Both the position numbers and the translations under genes were made by a program. The notes below the pieces were generated by a model. The model did not search any database. It saw nothing but the letters and a program-made list of their open reading frames with translations, and had not been told where the DNA came from. A stretch of 64,000 nucleotides of DNA from Macrostomum lignano. Lineage: Eukaryota. Below are positions 23,801-51,194 of the stretch, in pieces. The stretch is from the NCBI GenBank assembly GCA_002269645.1, contig NIVC01002289.1, positions 1 through 64,000 of the forward strand, written 5' to 3'. How positions within the stretch are numbered: position 1 is the first letter of the stretch; every line of letters begins with the position of its first letter.

Positions 23801-26800
23801 ATCCTGTCACTGTTGATCCTGTCACTGTTGATCCTGTCACTGTTGATCCTGTCACTGTTGATCCTGTCACTGTTGATCCTGTCACTGTTGATCCTGTCAC
23901 TGTTGATCCTGTCACTGTTGATCCTGTCACTGTTGATCCTGTCACTGTTGATCCTGTCACTGTTGATCCTGTCACTGTTGATCCTGTCACTGTTGATCCT
24001 GTCACTGTTGATCCTGTCACTGTTGATCCTGTCACTGTTGATCCTGTCACTGTTGATCCTGTCACTGTTGATCCTGTCACTGTTGATCCTGTCACTGTTG
24101 ATCCTGTCACTGTTGATCCTGTCACTGTTGATCCTGTCACTGTTGATCCTGTCACTGTTGATCCTGTCACTGTTGATCCTGTCACTGTTGATCCTGTCAC
24201 TGTTGATCCTGTCACTGTTGATCCTGTCACTGTTGATCCTGCCAGTTAGAGTTAGTTAGAAGCAGGGGTTGCATCCTGGCACTTCAGGCGATACTGTCAC
24301 ACAACCTAGACTATTCAGACTTAAAGTTCAGTAGCCCACATTCCGCTCTCAGACAGGCCTGAAATGTTTCCACCTGCCCGCTCTCGAGTGGGCCAATATG
24401 GCACACCCCATGCGCCTATCCGCTCTCCGCTACGGCTGCTAGCAGTCTTCTTTAACTGCTTGCTTCTGAAATATACGCTCGTAAGGCATCCTTTTGAAGA
24501 AGACGGGGAAGAACCGAGCTCTTGAAATCACCTTAGGGGAGTGACTGAAATCCGGTCCCAGCTCTCTGACAGTGAATTCAGGTGAGCATGAGAGTGACTG
24601 AAATCCGGTCCCAGCTCTCTGACAGTGAATTCAGGTGAGCATGAGAGTGACTGAAATCCGGTCCCAGCTCTCTGACAGTGAATTCAGGTGAGCATGAGAG
24701 TGACTGAAATCTAGTCCCAGCTAAATGTATCCTAAACCTATAAAAAGATTAAGAAAACTTCCTAATAAAGCCTTCATTTTGACGTCGCTGCAGTTATGAG
24801 TAGTTTCGGGCTTTGCCCACTCATAGCTGCATTTTGTTAAATCACCACCGCCACCAGATTCTGGATCAACAAGTATCCGAGCGCCTTTGAAGCGAACAAA
24901 TCGTTGGCCACACTGGTTGAGGCTTTCTTCGAGCGCGTGAACGCCAGAGACCTGGACGATATCGTGTCCACTATGAACATCCGGGATATGTAGGTGCACT
25001 CTAGCTTTGACCGCCTCTATTGCATTTTAACTTGAAAACTGAAACATCCTTGACCTCTCCTTGCCCCATGGCAGAACCAAGCACGAATGGCTGAGACTGG
25101 ACTCCATGAAGAAGGACCGGGTCAGCAGCAGCAGAGTTAACTCTCTGGTCTTTAACCAGCTGGAAGCGGAGCAGCTGGCTGAGCAGCTCACCGTGCTGGA
25201 GTTCAAGGCCTTCAGGCGCATCCGGGTGAGGGGATTGTGAACCGGACTGAATTCGGATAAAAACAAACTAGTAAATGGTGGTGACTGGGAACTGGGACTG
25301 CGCGGAGACTGGGAACTGGAACTGCTCGGGGACTGGGAGCTGGAACTTCTCAGGAACTGGGAGCTGGAACTGCTCAGCAACTGGGAGCTGGAACTGCTCG
25401 GGGACCGGGAGCTGGAACTGCTCAGGAACTGGGAGCTGGAACTGCTCGAGGACTGGGAGCTGGAACTTCTCAGGAACTGGGAGCTGGAACTGCTCGAGGA
25501 CTGGGAGCTGGAACTGCTCAGGAACTGGGAGCTGGAACTGCTCGGGGACCGGGAGCTGGAACTGCTCAGGAACTGGGAGCTGGAACTGCTCAGGAACTGG
25601 GAGCTGGAACTGCTCGGGGACTGGGAGCTGGAACTGATCAGGGACTGGGAGCTGGAACTGCTCGGGACTGGGAGCTGGAACTGCTCAGGAACTGGGAGCT
25701 GGAACTGCTCGAGGACTGGGAGCTGGAACTGCTCAGGAACTGGGAGCTGGAACTGCTCGAGGACTGGGAGCTGGAACTGCTCAGGAACTGGGAGCTGGAA
25801 CTGCTCGGGGACTGGGAGCTGGAACTGCTCGAGGACTGGGAGCTGGAACTGCTCAGGAACTGGGAGCTGGAACTGCTCGAGGACTGGGAGCTGGAACTGC
25901 TCAGGAACTGGGAGCTGGAACTGCTCGGGGACTGGGAGCTGGAACTGCTCGGGGACTGGGAGCTGGAACTGCTCAGGGACTGGGAGCTGGAACTGCTCAG
26001 GGACTGGGAGCTGGAACTGCTCAGGAACTGGGAGCTGCAGAATTTTTTATGCCAGTGCGCGCTTTTGAAGCTTACCAGGGACCGTAGCTAGGAATGGTGA
26101 GCTAGCTAACGAGACAATGCAATAAAAATCCACGCGTACGAGTAGATCCCGGACCTCAAGGCGTACACTTCTGGCGAGAGCCTTCGCGGCAGTCCAACTC
26201 TGGAGCGCTGCGTTCTGCTATTTAACGGTCTGTGCCAGTGGGTGCAATGCATGGTGCTGAGCAAGTCTACTCCAGCCGAGAGGGCCCGCGTCGTTGCCAA
26301 GTTTCTGGAGGTTTCCGAGGTGAGGCACCGTGCAGTCAAATGTTTTTCCTAAGCTTGCCAAATCGCTAGCGCTACATGCTTTCTGAGTAGGTTGAGTTTT
26401 TGGTAGCGTTTCACAAGTTTGAAATGCCGCATCCTCGGAAACAAAAGAAGCAAAAACGTATAGCTAATTACAATTTGTATTTTCGAAATTTCGAGCTTGT
26501 GAAAGCGACCCGACCTTTGGATGGTCATCAACGAACGGAACTCAGATGAGGAGGGTCATCCACAAATAATCTTTGGATGACAGACCAATAAATCTTCGGT
26601 GATGCGTCAGCCTCCATCTTCACCACAGAGTACAGCAATGGTATCTGTATCAAGCCCGATTAAAATTATCCCTTCAAGGAGCTGCTCAAGCTGAACAACT
26701 TCAACACCCTCATGTCGGTGGTCGGCGGCCTGAGCCACAGCGCCATCGCTCGGCTGAGCAAGACGCACGCTTGTCTGTCGCAGAGGTCGCAGAAGGTCAG

Positions 26801-29800
26801 TTGCTGTGACATTTTATTCTATACTAAATTTTTGAATCAGGAAACACTTCCAAAGGAATACTTCTGTATCTACGTTTCAACAGCTCCTGGTGGACCTCAC
26901 AGAGTTTCTGTCGTCATCTAGCAACTTTTCCAACTATCGCAAGGAATACGCTGAAGCGAAAGATTTCAAAATACCCATTCTGTGAGTTGGGTGAATCCGC
27001 TTAACGTCACATTATGCAGCATTTGAAATTTTCCATACGGTTTAGTAGCTGATCCAGCTGTTCACCTAGTAGCTTATCCAGCAGTTCACCCAGTAGCTGA
27101 TCCAGCAGTTCACCCAGTAGCTGATCCAGCAGTTCACCCAGTAGCTGATCCAGCAGTTCACCCAGTAGCTCATCCAGCAGTTCACCTAGTAGCTTATCCA
27201 GCAGTTCAACTAGTATCTTATCCAGTAGTTCACCCAGTAGCTTATCCAGCAGTTCACCTAGTATCTTATCCAGCAGTTCACCCAGTAGCTTATCCAGCAG
27301 TTCAACTAGTATCTTATCCAGCAGTTCACCCAGTAGCTTATCCAGCAGTTCAACTAGTATCTTATCCAGCAGTTCACCCAGTATCTTATCCAGCAGTTCA
27401 CCCAGTAGCTGATCCAGCAGTTCACCCAGTAGCTGATCCAGCAGTTCACCCAGTAGCTCATCCAGCAGTTCACCCAGTAGCTGATCCAGCAGTTCACCCA
27501 GTAGCTTATCCAGCAGTTCAACTAGTAGCTCATCCAGCACTTCACCCAGTAGCTTATCCAGCAGTTCACCCAGTAGCTGATCCAGCAGTTCACCCAGTAG
27601 CTGATCCAGCAGTTCACCCAGTACCCAGTAGCTCACGCCGCCTTCCCGTCCCCGAGCAGTGCCGTGCACCTGAAAGACCTCATCCAGCTGAACGTGGCCG
27701 TACCGGACAAGCTGAGCGGGACTGCCCGATTCATCAACTGGCGCAAGGTGGTGCAGCTCTCGCAGACTCTCGGCCTGCTGCACGCGGCTCAGCGGGCGCC
27801 GCTCCCGGTTGAGGAGAACGTCACCCTGTGCAACACCCTGCGGGTGGGTGCTGCTGTCAGTGCCAGCATGAAAGACTGCCTGTTAGGCTATGCACGCAAT
27901 TCCTAATGAAAAAATGGGATAGAGAGGATAGACATTTGAGACTAGATATGAGAGGAGAGAGTAGACAGGAGGGAAGCAAGGATAAGAGACCTGATGATGC
28001 AAGAGTCTACCTAGAAACCCAAACTTATTGCAGCTGTCGCTGGACTGCCACCACACTGAGGACGACATCTACGAGGTGTCGCTGCTCCGCGAGCCACGAA
28101 GCCTCTTCTCTGTGAGCTGCTGATTCAATTCTTTAAAAATATACAAGCCAGCCCTATGGCGGGCCAGCTCATCGCGTCTGTAATGCCCCAATTCCAGCCG
28201 TCGACCCCCACTAAGCCGGTGGTGTTCGCGCAGTGGGTGTCCGGTTCCAAGCCGCCGCATCCGGAAACGTTGAAGCGGCACATCTTTGATATGGTCGAGG
28301 CGAGTGCCGACTTCATTTTTTAGCCAGCCTACTTTAATAACCTCCTGTCCCTAGAGCGAAATTATCCCCCTTTTCACCTGCACTACACCTGCCCTCTGTC
28401 TCGGCTCCACCTCTCTGCCCTCTGGAGGGATCGCCCTGATTTTTTGGGTCGATCGCTCACCAGCTTAATACTATAGGTATTCCCCGCGGAATCCCCAGGC
28501 AGCTAATTGCAAATTGACGCTGAAACCCGAGTGCTCAGGACTGGTCAAAGCTCCAGCGAATATTTTTTAATTCTGCCACTCCCCCGACGCAACCCAACCC
28601 TCGCAGGCTGTGTTCAGAGTCTACGATCACGACAAGGACGAGATGATCTCTGAGACGGAGTTCGCCCAGATTGCTGAGAACTTTCCCTTCATCGATTCAT
28701 TCGCTGTACTCGACGCCGACAAGTGAGCAGCAGGGAGTCCTCGCCGCACAGCGCTTCTTTCTCCTCTCCTCTCCTGTCTTCCCCGCCTCGGCTACCCGGC
28801 AGTTTACCCTGGAGACGCCGCTGTTGCGCTGTTGCAGAAAAAAAGCTCTTTATTCCCCATGCCAGCCGGCCTGGGGCCCTTAATTTAATCACAGAGAAAT
28901 GGGTTCTGCGCTCTGCTCTGTACTCATTTTTTCCCTTTGGCTTTTCCCTTGCCGCCGTCTCCTGCCTTCCCAATTCCTTCTTTTTTCCCGTTTCGGCAAA
29001 AATTACTGCTTTTGCAGTCTGAGGCACCCCTCGTCTCCAGCGCCCCTCCTTGTGCGGGTCTGGGAAGCCTCATTAACAGGGGGAGGGGGGTTCAGGAGAC
29101 GTGGAGGAAACCCGGCGCCTTCGCAGTCTGCTCTCAAACTGCCCTCTTAAGCTGTTCCCGCTTTTGCCTGCCTCCGAATCCCTAAAAATCAAGCTGGCAG
29201 ACTTTCTCCCGCGAGTGCTCGAGCCGTCGCGGTCAACTCCAATCCCTGGCTTGATTTGTTTGAGCTGTTCCTGCCGGGCTCTGCCTGGGCAATAGGGCTG
29301 CAACATCATGGCGAAATTTAATTAACTGTATGCAGCCGGAGGGATGAGACGGGAAATAGAAACACTAGAAAAATGGGTTGTCTTCGGAGAAGTACTAGGG
29401 GACTCAAAGACCGAATAAGGTGGACGCGGGGCTGGAGGCTGAGCTGCTTTCTCAATGCCAGCTCCTATCTATTTGGCGCTAACCAACATTTATCTGTCTA
29501 TTCACGCATTGCCTACTGTAAGTAGTCTCACGAGGGCTCTAAAAATCTATAATCATTTTTAAGCGACGGCATGATTTCGAAGAACGAACTGAAGAACTAC
29601 TTTATCCGGGCCAATTCGCACGCCTTAAAGAGCAGTTTTAAGCACGACTTCCACGAGACTTCGTACTTTAAGCCGACCTTCTGCGACCGCTGTAACGGCC
29701 TGCTGTGGGGCCTCATCAAGCAGGGCTGGAAGTGCCGGGACTGCGGCATCAACGTGCACAAGCACTGCAAGGACACCGTTGTGATGGAGTGCCGCGTCAG

Positions 29801-30462
29801 GGCTCAGGGGCAGCAGCGGGGAGCGGCGGCGGCTTCTGACTCGGCAGCAGGTGATCGGCTGGGCTCTGTTTGTTCTGTTGGTGTTGAATCTGAAATGAAT
29901 GTGAATATTTGATTTCAATCAGTTCACCTATTTTATTGCAGCCATGATTTCAGGCTCGAATTCGACCGTGTCAACCATAGCCGGCGCCACTGTGACACCA
30001 GGTGTTGGCTGCAACGGCGCCTCAGTGGCGCCAACAGCTGCCTGCTGCGCTGGGTCGGCAACCGGCTGCTCCAAGGCAATCAGAGACAGCGGCAGCAGCA
30101 GCTGCGGCTCACCGCAAGCCACATCGGATGGCTGGGCTCAGACCGATGAAGATGCCATCTGTATTGATGAGGCTCGGAAGCTGGCTCAGGCGAGTGTCGA
30201 TCGAGTTGTGCTTTGCTTTTTTTCTAGCCGTCACGCTCTGCTTTTGAACTCAAATTTTTTTCACGCTCTGCAAAACTACATGTAACTGCAGGAAAATGCC
30301 GAGCTTCGCAAAGAGGCAGAGTCGCTTCGCCTGCAGGTGCAAAGTCAGGCGCAAGTAATAACCAGATTGCACAACCAGGTGACCGGTATGCGGCAGCAAA
30401 CAATCAGTTTCATTCTTCATCAGATGGATACTCTGGAGATTCAACGAAATTCCGAAGTTTAA
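17863..30462 (+). CDS. RASGRP: Ras guanyl-releasing protein (RasGRP/CalDAG-GEF): REM, CDC25 RasGEF, 2 EF-hands, C1 domain and coiled coil; 16 exons, 813 aa
   Basis: Exons: 17863-17950, 20845-21073, 21528-21634, 22302-22461, 24858-24989, 25075-25225, 26146-26319, 26679-26795, 26884-26981, 27660-27843, 28034-28111, 28198-28299, 28607-28722, 29564-29850, 29942-30189, 30292-30462. Total 2442 nt, all phases compatible, no frameshift. Motifs: [109 protein letters not shown] 30560-30565. Exons 1-2 are less certain than the domain exons. Confidence 0.95.
18033..18481. repeat. 20-bp minisatellite (GGGATCAGTGATCGGGTTTT)n in RasGRP intron 1
   Basis: About 22 copies visible. Confidence 0.95.
18960..19411 (+). 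mobile_element. 3' fragment of the same Helitron family as 51133-55334, with a (TTAGGG)n tract, 3' hairpin and CTAG|T end
   Basis: Near-identical to about 54890-55334. TTAGGG/CTAGGG tract at 19123-19189. Ends GCTCCCCAACGGGGGGCGTAGATTGCTAG|T. Confidence 0.85.
19675..20144. repeat. 45-bp minisatellite in RasGRP intron 1
   Basis: Unit ATGGGATCGGACAGCTCAGGGTGGGAGCTGAGCTCATAGAGGGGA, about 10 copies. Confidence 0.95.
21647..22200. repeat. 44-bp minisatellite (two diverged halves of about 22 bp) in RasGRP intron 3
   Basis: Unit GGAGAATGTATTGAGAGGATTTGGAGAATGTACTGAGGGGCATA, about 12 copies. Confidence 0.95.
22576..22803. repeat. (GA)/(GGGA)-rich purine tract in RasGRP intron 4
   Basis: Directly visible. 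Confidence 0.93.
23434..24241. repeat. Perfect 15-bp tandem array (ACTGTTGATCCTGTC)n, about 54 copies, in RasGRP intron 4
   Basis: No variant units seen; source of the TVDPV/LLILS/TGSTV pseudo-ORFs. Confidence 0.98.
24541..24722. repeat. 53-bp tandem repeat, 3.4 copies, in RasGRP intron 4
   Basis: Units start at 24541, 24594, 24647 and 24700. Confidence 0.95.
25285..26038. repeat. 24-bp minisatellite (GGGAGCTGGAACTGCTCAGGAACT)n in RasGRP intron 6
   Basis: About 31 copies with few variants. Confidence 0.96.
27040..27630. repeat. 24-bp minisatellite (CCCAGTAGCTGATCCAGCAGTTCA)n in RasGRP intron 9
   Basis: About 24 copies; source of the LLGELLDQ pseudo-ORF. Confidence 0.96.
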
Positions 30463-32045
30463 ATCTAGCTGTGTGCATTTAAACATAATTCCATCTTTTT
30501 ATTTTTGTTTTATTTTAACTTAACGACCCTAGCTATAACTGATAAGTGCGGAATTCAACAATAAATATATTTTGCGTCATCAGTCAGTCAAGAAAATTAA
30601 AAATTTGATTTTGTTAAGTCGAAAACGTACGATAGTTATAATTGCTATATAAAGCCATAAATGTCTACATGTAACATGTTGCAGTAATGCATATGTAGCT
30701 ACGTGTGTGCTCCTAATTTGAAAATTCTTAAAGACTACATATAGCTATAGTGTTAAAATTCGTACATGGACGCGAAAACTCATATCGTGAAAATTTTCTG
30801 GCATCGTTCTTGCAAGTTGCTAGTTTGTGTTGCATGCTAGGGTGTAATTCGAAATTTATTAGTTTTCGTGCGCCATTCCCAGCGCCACTTTAAAATGACT
30901 TTACATTTAACTACATCAACTTTTTGCTTTGATCTTGTACTAGTCTTGCAAGATTTTTATGCTTAATTCAAACAGATAATACTGGATCATGCAGTTGACA
31001 CGAGTTTTCTCAAATTCCTTTTTTCCTCGTGTGAAAAGAAAAAGTTAATCAAAGAACAAGTCTGCGACTGCGACACTTCAATTCGATTCGAAACGTGAAT
31101 TGCACAATAAATAAGATTAACAAATCGTTGGCATTTATTGTTGTTTATGTCAATAAAGGAGGATATCTTAGCGTCGCTTTATTTTGCTTATTGTTTTCGT
31201 TTAATTTTTGCACATTTGAAACCGATCATGTAGCGGTTGTTTTTATAGACAACCGAAAATTTAACATCCAACAACTTGCTTCTTTTGGTTCTGTGCAAGT
31301 TGCCACTGCAAACGAAATCTGTTAATAAATAGAATAGCAGCATCTATGCGCGAAAAATATCTTAAAAATATTTTAAGAATAAGAGATAATATTAAAAAAC
31401 ATCTAAAGTATTTTTTCTTTAACATTTTAAGAAAGTATTATACTTTGTAACATTGTGTTGCATTGCGCTAGGTTCAAATTCCATCCTTTGATACTGTTTT
31501 ATTATCTCTGTTTATTTTACATCACTTGCGTTTTTTGTTCAGAGTTTTGCCTCATTTTCTCAATAATTCTAAATCTAAAACAACTTTTCGTAAAAAGTTG
31601 TTTTGTATAAAAAACTTCATGCTTTTTATTCTACATGTTATGTTCTACTTTTCTTATGGAGCGAGCTAAAACCAGTTTTAAAATTCAAATTGAATTAATA
31701 ATTAATAGTTAATGAGTTAATTAACTAATTAACTAAATTAAATAATTATTAGTTAACAAATAGTTTAAAATAATTTATTGCTTCATGTCTTGAGTTAGTT
31801 ATTAATAATTTTCATAGCTTAGCTAAGACTTTTTTCTTACTTTTAGTTCGACGAATAAGCGTGGGTTTTTGTCGATAGTCAGAATTAACTCTACATAACT
31901 TAAAAATAACAAGTTTATATACATAGCGGAAACATAAAACTCTTAGCACTAGTTCATCCACAGTTAGAATTTGTATGCTGTATCTCTAGGACCTAGGTTT
32001 AATTTAGGTTAATGAATTCCCGACTTCAGGAGGCCAGGAGGCTGC

Positions 32046-46631
<14,586 letters not shown>

Positions 46632-47312
46632 TTTGTGATGTATAAACAATTAGGATGTCGTAACTAAAGACATTTTTTGCTTTGCTTTTGTGCTGCTGCG
46701 CTCGTATCTCAACTATTAATTTTTTGTGATTAAATTGCTAATTTCCATGGCATTTTTTCTGATTATCTGGATAAATTGTGGTATTTTTGTCCCAAATTTT
46801 ATCGCTCAATTTTTTACATCTCTTTTCGCACAAATATATAACACATTTATACAGTAGATCGGCGATTAAAATGTTTCTTTAGAATAGAGTACAGATACTC
46901 GAATATTGTTCTTACGACGGTAGTATCTGTGGAATAGATGAGCAAATCTACTTGTTTGTTAGATTAAAAATTCCATGGCTATATAATATATTAAATAAAT
47001 TGAACTGCGAATAGATGTTCAAAAAAGTCAGTAAAACTGTAAAAGTTTAAAGCGACGAAAAATTCACTAATCAATAAAATAATTAGTCTTTCTTATTGCA
47101 CTTGTAGTATGGGATACAGTTTAATTTTGAATATCGTGCGCGCATGCACAATATTGCGCATGCACATGCACAGTTTGTGGGAAAAAGCATGGTAGACAAA
47201 GTGAGTCGGCTAACTGAAAAGTACGAGGCTGAATTGCAAAACAGAAAGTACAAATATTTGGAGGATGGAAATCTGACACATATACTGTACATGTACATGC
47301 ACTGCACAGAGA

Positions 47313-47504
47313 TGCCACCCGTGTCACAACGATAAAGCGGTAAACTACGTGCGCATCGTGGCTTACTAAAGCTACAGCCTACGCGTATAGTCGTAGCTTT
47401 ACGGGTAGTTTGCCGCTTTCAATACGACTATACGCGTAGGCTGTAGCTTTGTAAGCCACGATGCGCACGTAGTTTACCGCTTTATCGTTGTGACACGGGT
47501 GGCA
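47313..47504. repeat. Near-perfect 192-bp foldback palindrome (arms of about 83 bp, 27-nt loop)
   Basis: TGCCACCCGTGTCACAACG...GCGTATAGTCGTA vs its reverse complement, differing by one 1-nt indel. Confidence 0.93.
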
Positions 47505-50500
47505 CCATGATGCATTTGTTGTATAAAACATGGAATTATTGGAAAATTAAATAAATGTGTATTTAACTTTTGTCGAGAAAAATGAAATTATTGTTTTTAA
47601 GCCATGTGAGTGTATTATATGTAATTATCGCAGTGCCAGTATAACCTCAGCAGTGAGAATTCCACTTAACGTAACATATATCTAGTAGCTGCTCACAGTT
47701 ATAAAACTGCAACTATAAAGATTTATTGCATGCTTTAGTACCCGTCTATGTAAGTTAAATCCTTACAGTTTATAAACTGTCCTTTGTTAAGTACATTCAG
47801 AGCAACAGGTCGCGTTTACTAAACTGAAGGCTTATTCGTTTTGAGCGCGTACAGGGCCAATTATTGCGAAATTGGTCCCGCGTCACGCCTATTTTTAAAA
47901 GCCAAAATACTAAATTGGCATATGAAAGAAGCTGCAATTCAGAATTTTATTAAATTAGCATTTTTTATCACAGCGAAAAAAGTTACATTTAGAGCATCCT
48001 AAAATTCAATTGTAGTCTATAATTGTTTTAACCGTAATAGTTTAAAATTGTTCGGTATTGTATTGATCAATATACAAACAATGTTTAAAAATCCACGCTC
48101 TGGCGTTTTCTGGACCAGCCTTCGTATCGTATTTCCACCTCTTTGGTCATATTTTATATCGCAAAGTAAGGCGCCGCCAGCGTATTTATTTATTGTTAGT
48201 TTATAGGCCTATCGCTCACAATGATTTCACTTTAAAAAGCTCCCTATAAAATTTCATTCTCATAGCTATTATTCATTTATTAAAAACGTGGGTTTCTATG
48301 TTTTTAGTTTGACGTTTGACATTTGCCTTATAATTTGGAAGTCCGAGTAGGCCTATTTACTTTACCTATGTTACATCTGATTAAAATGAAATCTTAATAA
48401 TCCGCCTTATGTTATTCTAGGTAAGAAGCAGAAATTTGCAATAAGGGCCTTAGTTAAATACAGTAGGCAAGGCATAGAAACTAGGGCCTAGGCCTAATAT
48501 CAACTAGGCCAAGCCAAGCCCCAATGTTTCTACCAGCCAGCCATCATTAGCATCAGTATATCTTTTCAAACAAATAAGTAAATAGTAAATATGTGTACTA
48601 TGTATTTTAGTATTGATAAGCATTATATGTTAAGACAATTGATGATTAAGGGCCTATAATAGACAAGTAGCTGGGTCGTTCTCAAAGCTAGGTCACAACT
48701 TTTTGTTATTGCAAAAAAAGTTTATACATCAACCAATAATCGTACAAAAAAAATTCTTTTGACAATTTCTGTAAGAAGCTGCTACTAAAACCACAAGAAA
48801 ACTTGAAATTGAGAAGAAATCAAGGCTATTTGTTATTCTTTGTTGCGGAAAATAAACGACAAAAATATTAAAGAGAAAATAAAATTTTCTTCAATTTTTA
48901 TTTTAAATATGCAGTTAAATTTCTTTTGCAAAAATAAAAGAACAAGAAATTGACAAAGGAAATGTTTTTGAGCACAGCATTTTGTTACTCTGCTCTAAAT
49001 CCCAGACATTTAAAATTATCGTGTGCAAAAAAGTGCGAAATTATTATAACATGCACTCGAAAGAACTTCGATCAATTTAACTAATCACTGAATTGAGAAG
49101 TCTAAATAAGTCTTGAAAGGTTGAATTAAAAATCAAGTTTTCACTATGTTTCTTTTCAAAGGCAAGATGATTCAACAAATAAAGAATGTTCATTTTTACC
49201 TTGAATAGAATTGTTCATTTTTACATTAAATATAATAAAATCTAACTAATAATAGAAAAAGTCAGGGAACTATCCTTGAGCACCAAAAAGCACATTGTGG
49301 ATTTAATATCGACTGCATGTTCCTTAATAAAGGAATTCGGATACTAGTATATATTTGATTATTTGTAGCATAATTTCTGAAAACTATAACTTGCTTGATT
49401 TTACTTTAAGTACTCATTACATTAATACTTATACCAAAGCTACATGTACTTAAAATAAAAAATTATAGTTACTTGTCAGACATTTTACTCCAATTAACTT
49501 AAAATAATTCAAATTTATTTTAGTTAATTCATTTTTTGAAACTTTTTGGAAAATAGACAAAATTGAATTATTTAATTACCAAAAACCTACTAGCTTAACT
49601 AAAATAGCAATTAGTCTTTAAGAAAAGATTTCACTTGTTAATTGAGAAAAATGAGGATGTGCGAGGTGTAAAAATGCGAAAGAGCATGCAGGAAACAGAG
49701 ACAAACAAAAATGTAGGTAAAAGACACTGCACATGCACATAATATGATAACCAGACATAATGCGCACACCGAAACACCAGTAGCAATGACGCCCAAGCTT
49801 TTGATGATCACAAGCGAAAAGGCAAAACCCAGCCATCAATCAAAGAAGTAGACTATAGCATGCATCTTGAGTGCATCACACATTTTTTGCAGAGAAGCTC
49901 GAAAATTAACATTGTATTCTGTGCACAACCACCAACTGCGACAGGGTCTGCCGGGGATTTGTGGGCACGCGGTCCCGGATACAAATCGGAGGAGTCGCTG
50001 ACCATTCTGAAATTACAAGCTAGTACATGTAATTTTGTGTATTAATATATTTAGCCCGCTTTATTTCTATGCTCTCGTCCGCCTCTCGTTAATGCATCCC
50101 CAGACTCATGCAATAATCAAACTTATGATCGAACTATGCATGGCTTCCGTCCCTCGCTTTGAATCTCTCACCTCCCCATAGTTCCATCAACCTTACCGTA
50201 GTGGCTTCCTATGCAAAAATCATCCCTCCGCATCTTACACAGGCTACTTCAGGCTGTAGACTGTACTACACTATTAATTAGTTGCGCTAGGGAATCTACA
50301 TGTATTTGCTCGCAGCGCAGCGCGCTGCTCAAAGAAGTTTAGATCTGTCTAGATATTCTAGTAATTTCAGGTTTGTCCATAGACTAGAGCTCATGAGATG
50401 AGAATTCCATTAACTAGTACGTTTAATGTGAATGAACTGCGTGTGTGTGTGCTGTGCATACATATGTATAATATACGAGTAGTTTATAGGCCAAATTATT

Positions 50501-51161
50501 GTGTGTCACAATTCTTGGCATCACTCAGCAGGCACAAGATGCAGTTAAGCAGCGCACAAAAATTCTACAAAAGAAATTGAGCCTGGTTGAGGTGATGCGA
50601 GGAGGCAGATCCACACAATCTCAGTGAATACACCAGACTGCACCAGATACGAGTCCAGTCGAATGTGCGCACTGGTCTAAGCAGCACACGCTTGTCTTCC
50701 TGACAATGACGGCACCTAGCTTCGTCCAAGCCTTTGCCAGCGTCACTGACAGCGTCAATACTACCATGCAGTGCCACCTGCAGCACCGACAACGGCAATT
50801 CCTCCAGTTAGCCCACAACAGTGGCTAAACTGAGGGACAGGGAACCTACCCGCAGAAGACACACACATACACACACAGCACCAGCAGCAGCACTCTGACA
50901 GCATAACCTAAAGCTCCATGAGCTCAGTTTTCAAGCATTGAAGAAGCAGAAGCAGTCATCTTGAATCCAGGGATCAGGAAGAGTGTTGCATGTCCGACAT
51001 GTGCTGTTTCCGTGGCAAAAGGTGATGGAGCAAATTAATCAACACTTACTATCTAGCTCGTATTAAGACTAAAAAACTGAGGCAAGCTGGGATTAAACCA
51101 AAGAAAATTTTTTACTATACTTTTTTACCATATCCTATATACTAAAAATGGTCTGTCTGTG

Positions 51162-51194
<33 letters not shown>

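Noticed and set aside
23279-24259. TVDPV / LLILS / TGSTV repeat proteins
   Set aside because: Translations of a perfect 15-bp intronic array with no synonymous variation.
27007-27783. LLGELLDQ repeat ORF on the minus strand
   Set aside because: 24-bp minisatellite within RasGRP intron 9.
28950-29310. LINE C-terminal zinc-knuckle-like remnant (EET...CP); similar weak hints at about 38760-39050
   Set aside because: Too degraded to support without a profile search.
50565-50818. Short GC-richer minus-strand ORFs in the AT-rich spacer
   Set aside because: No recognisable domain, start context or consistent splice structure.
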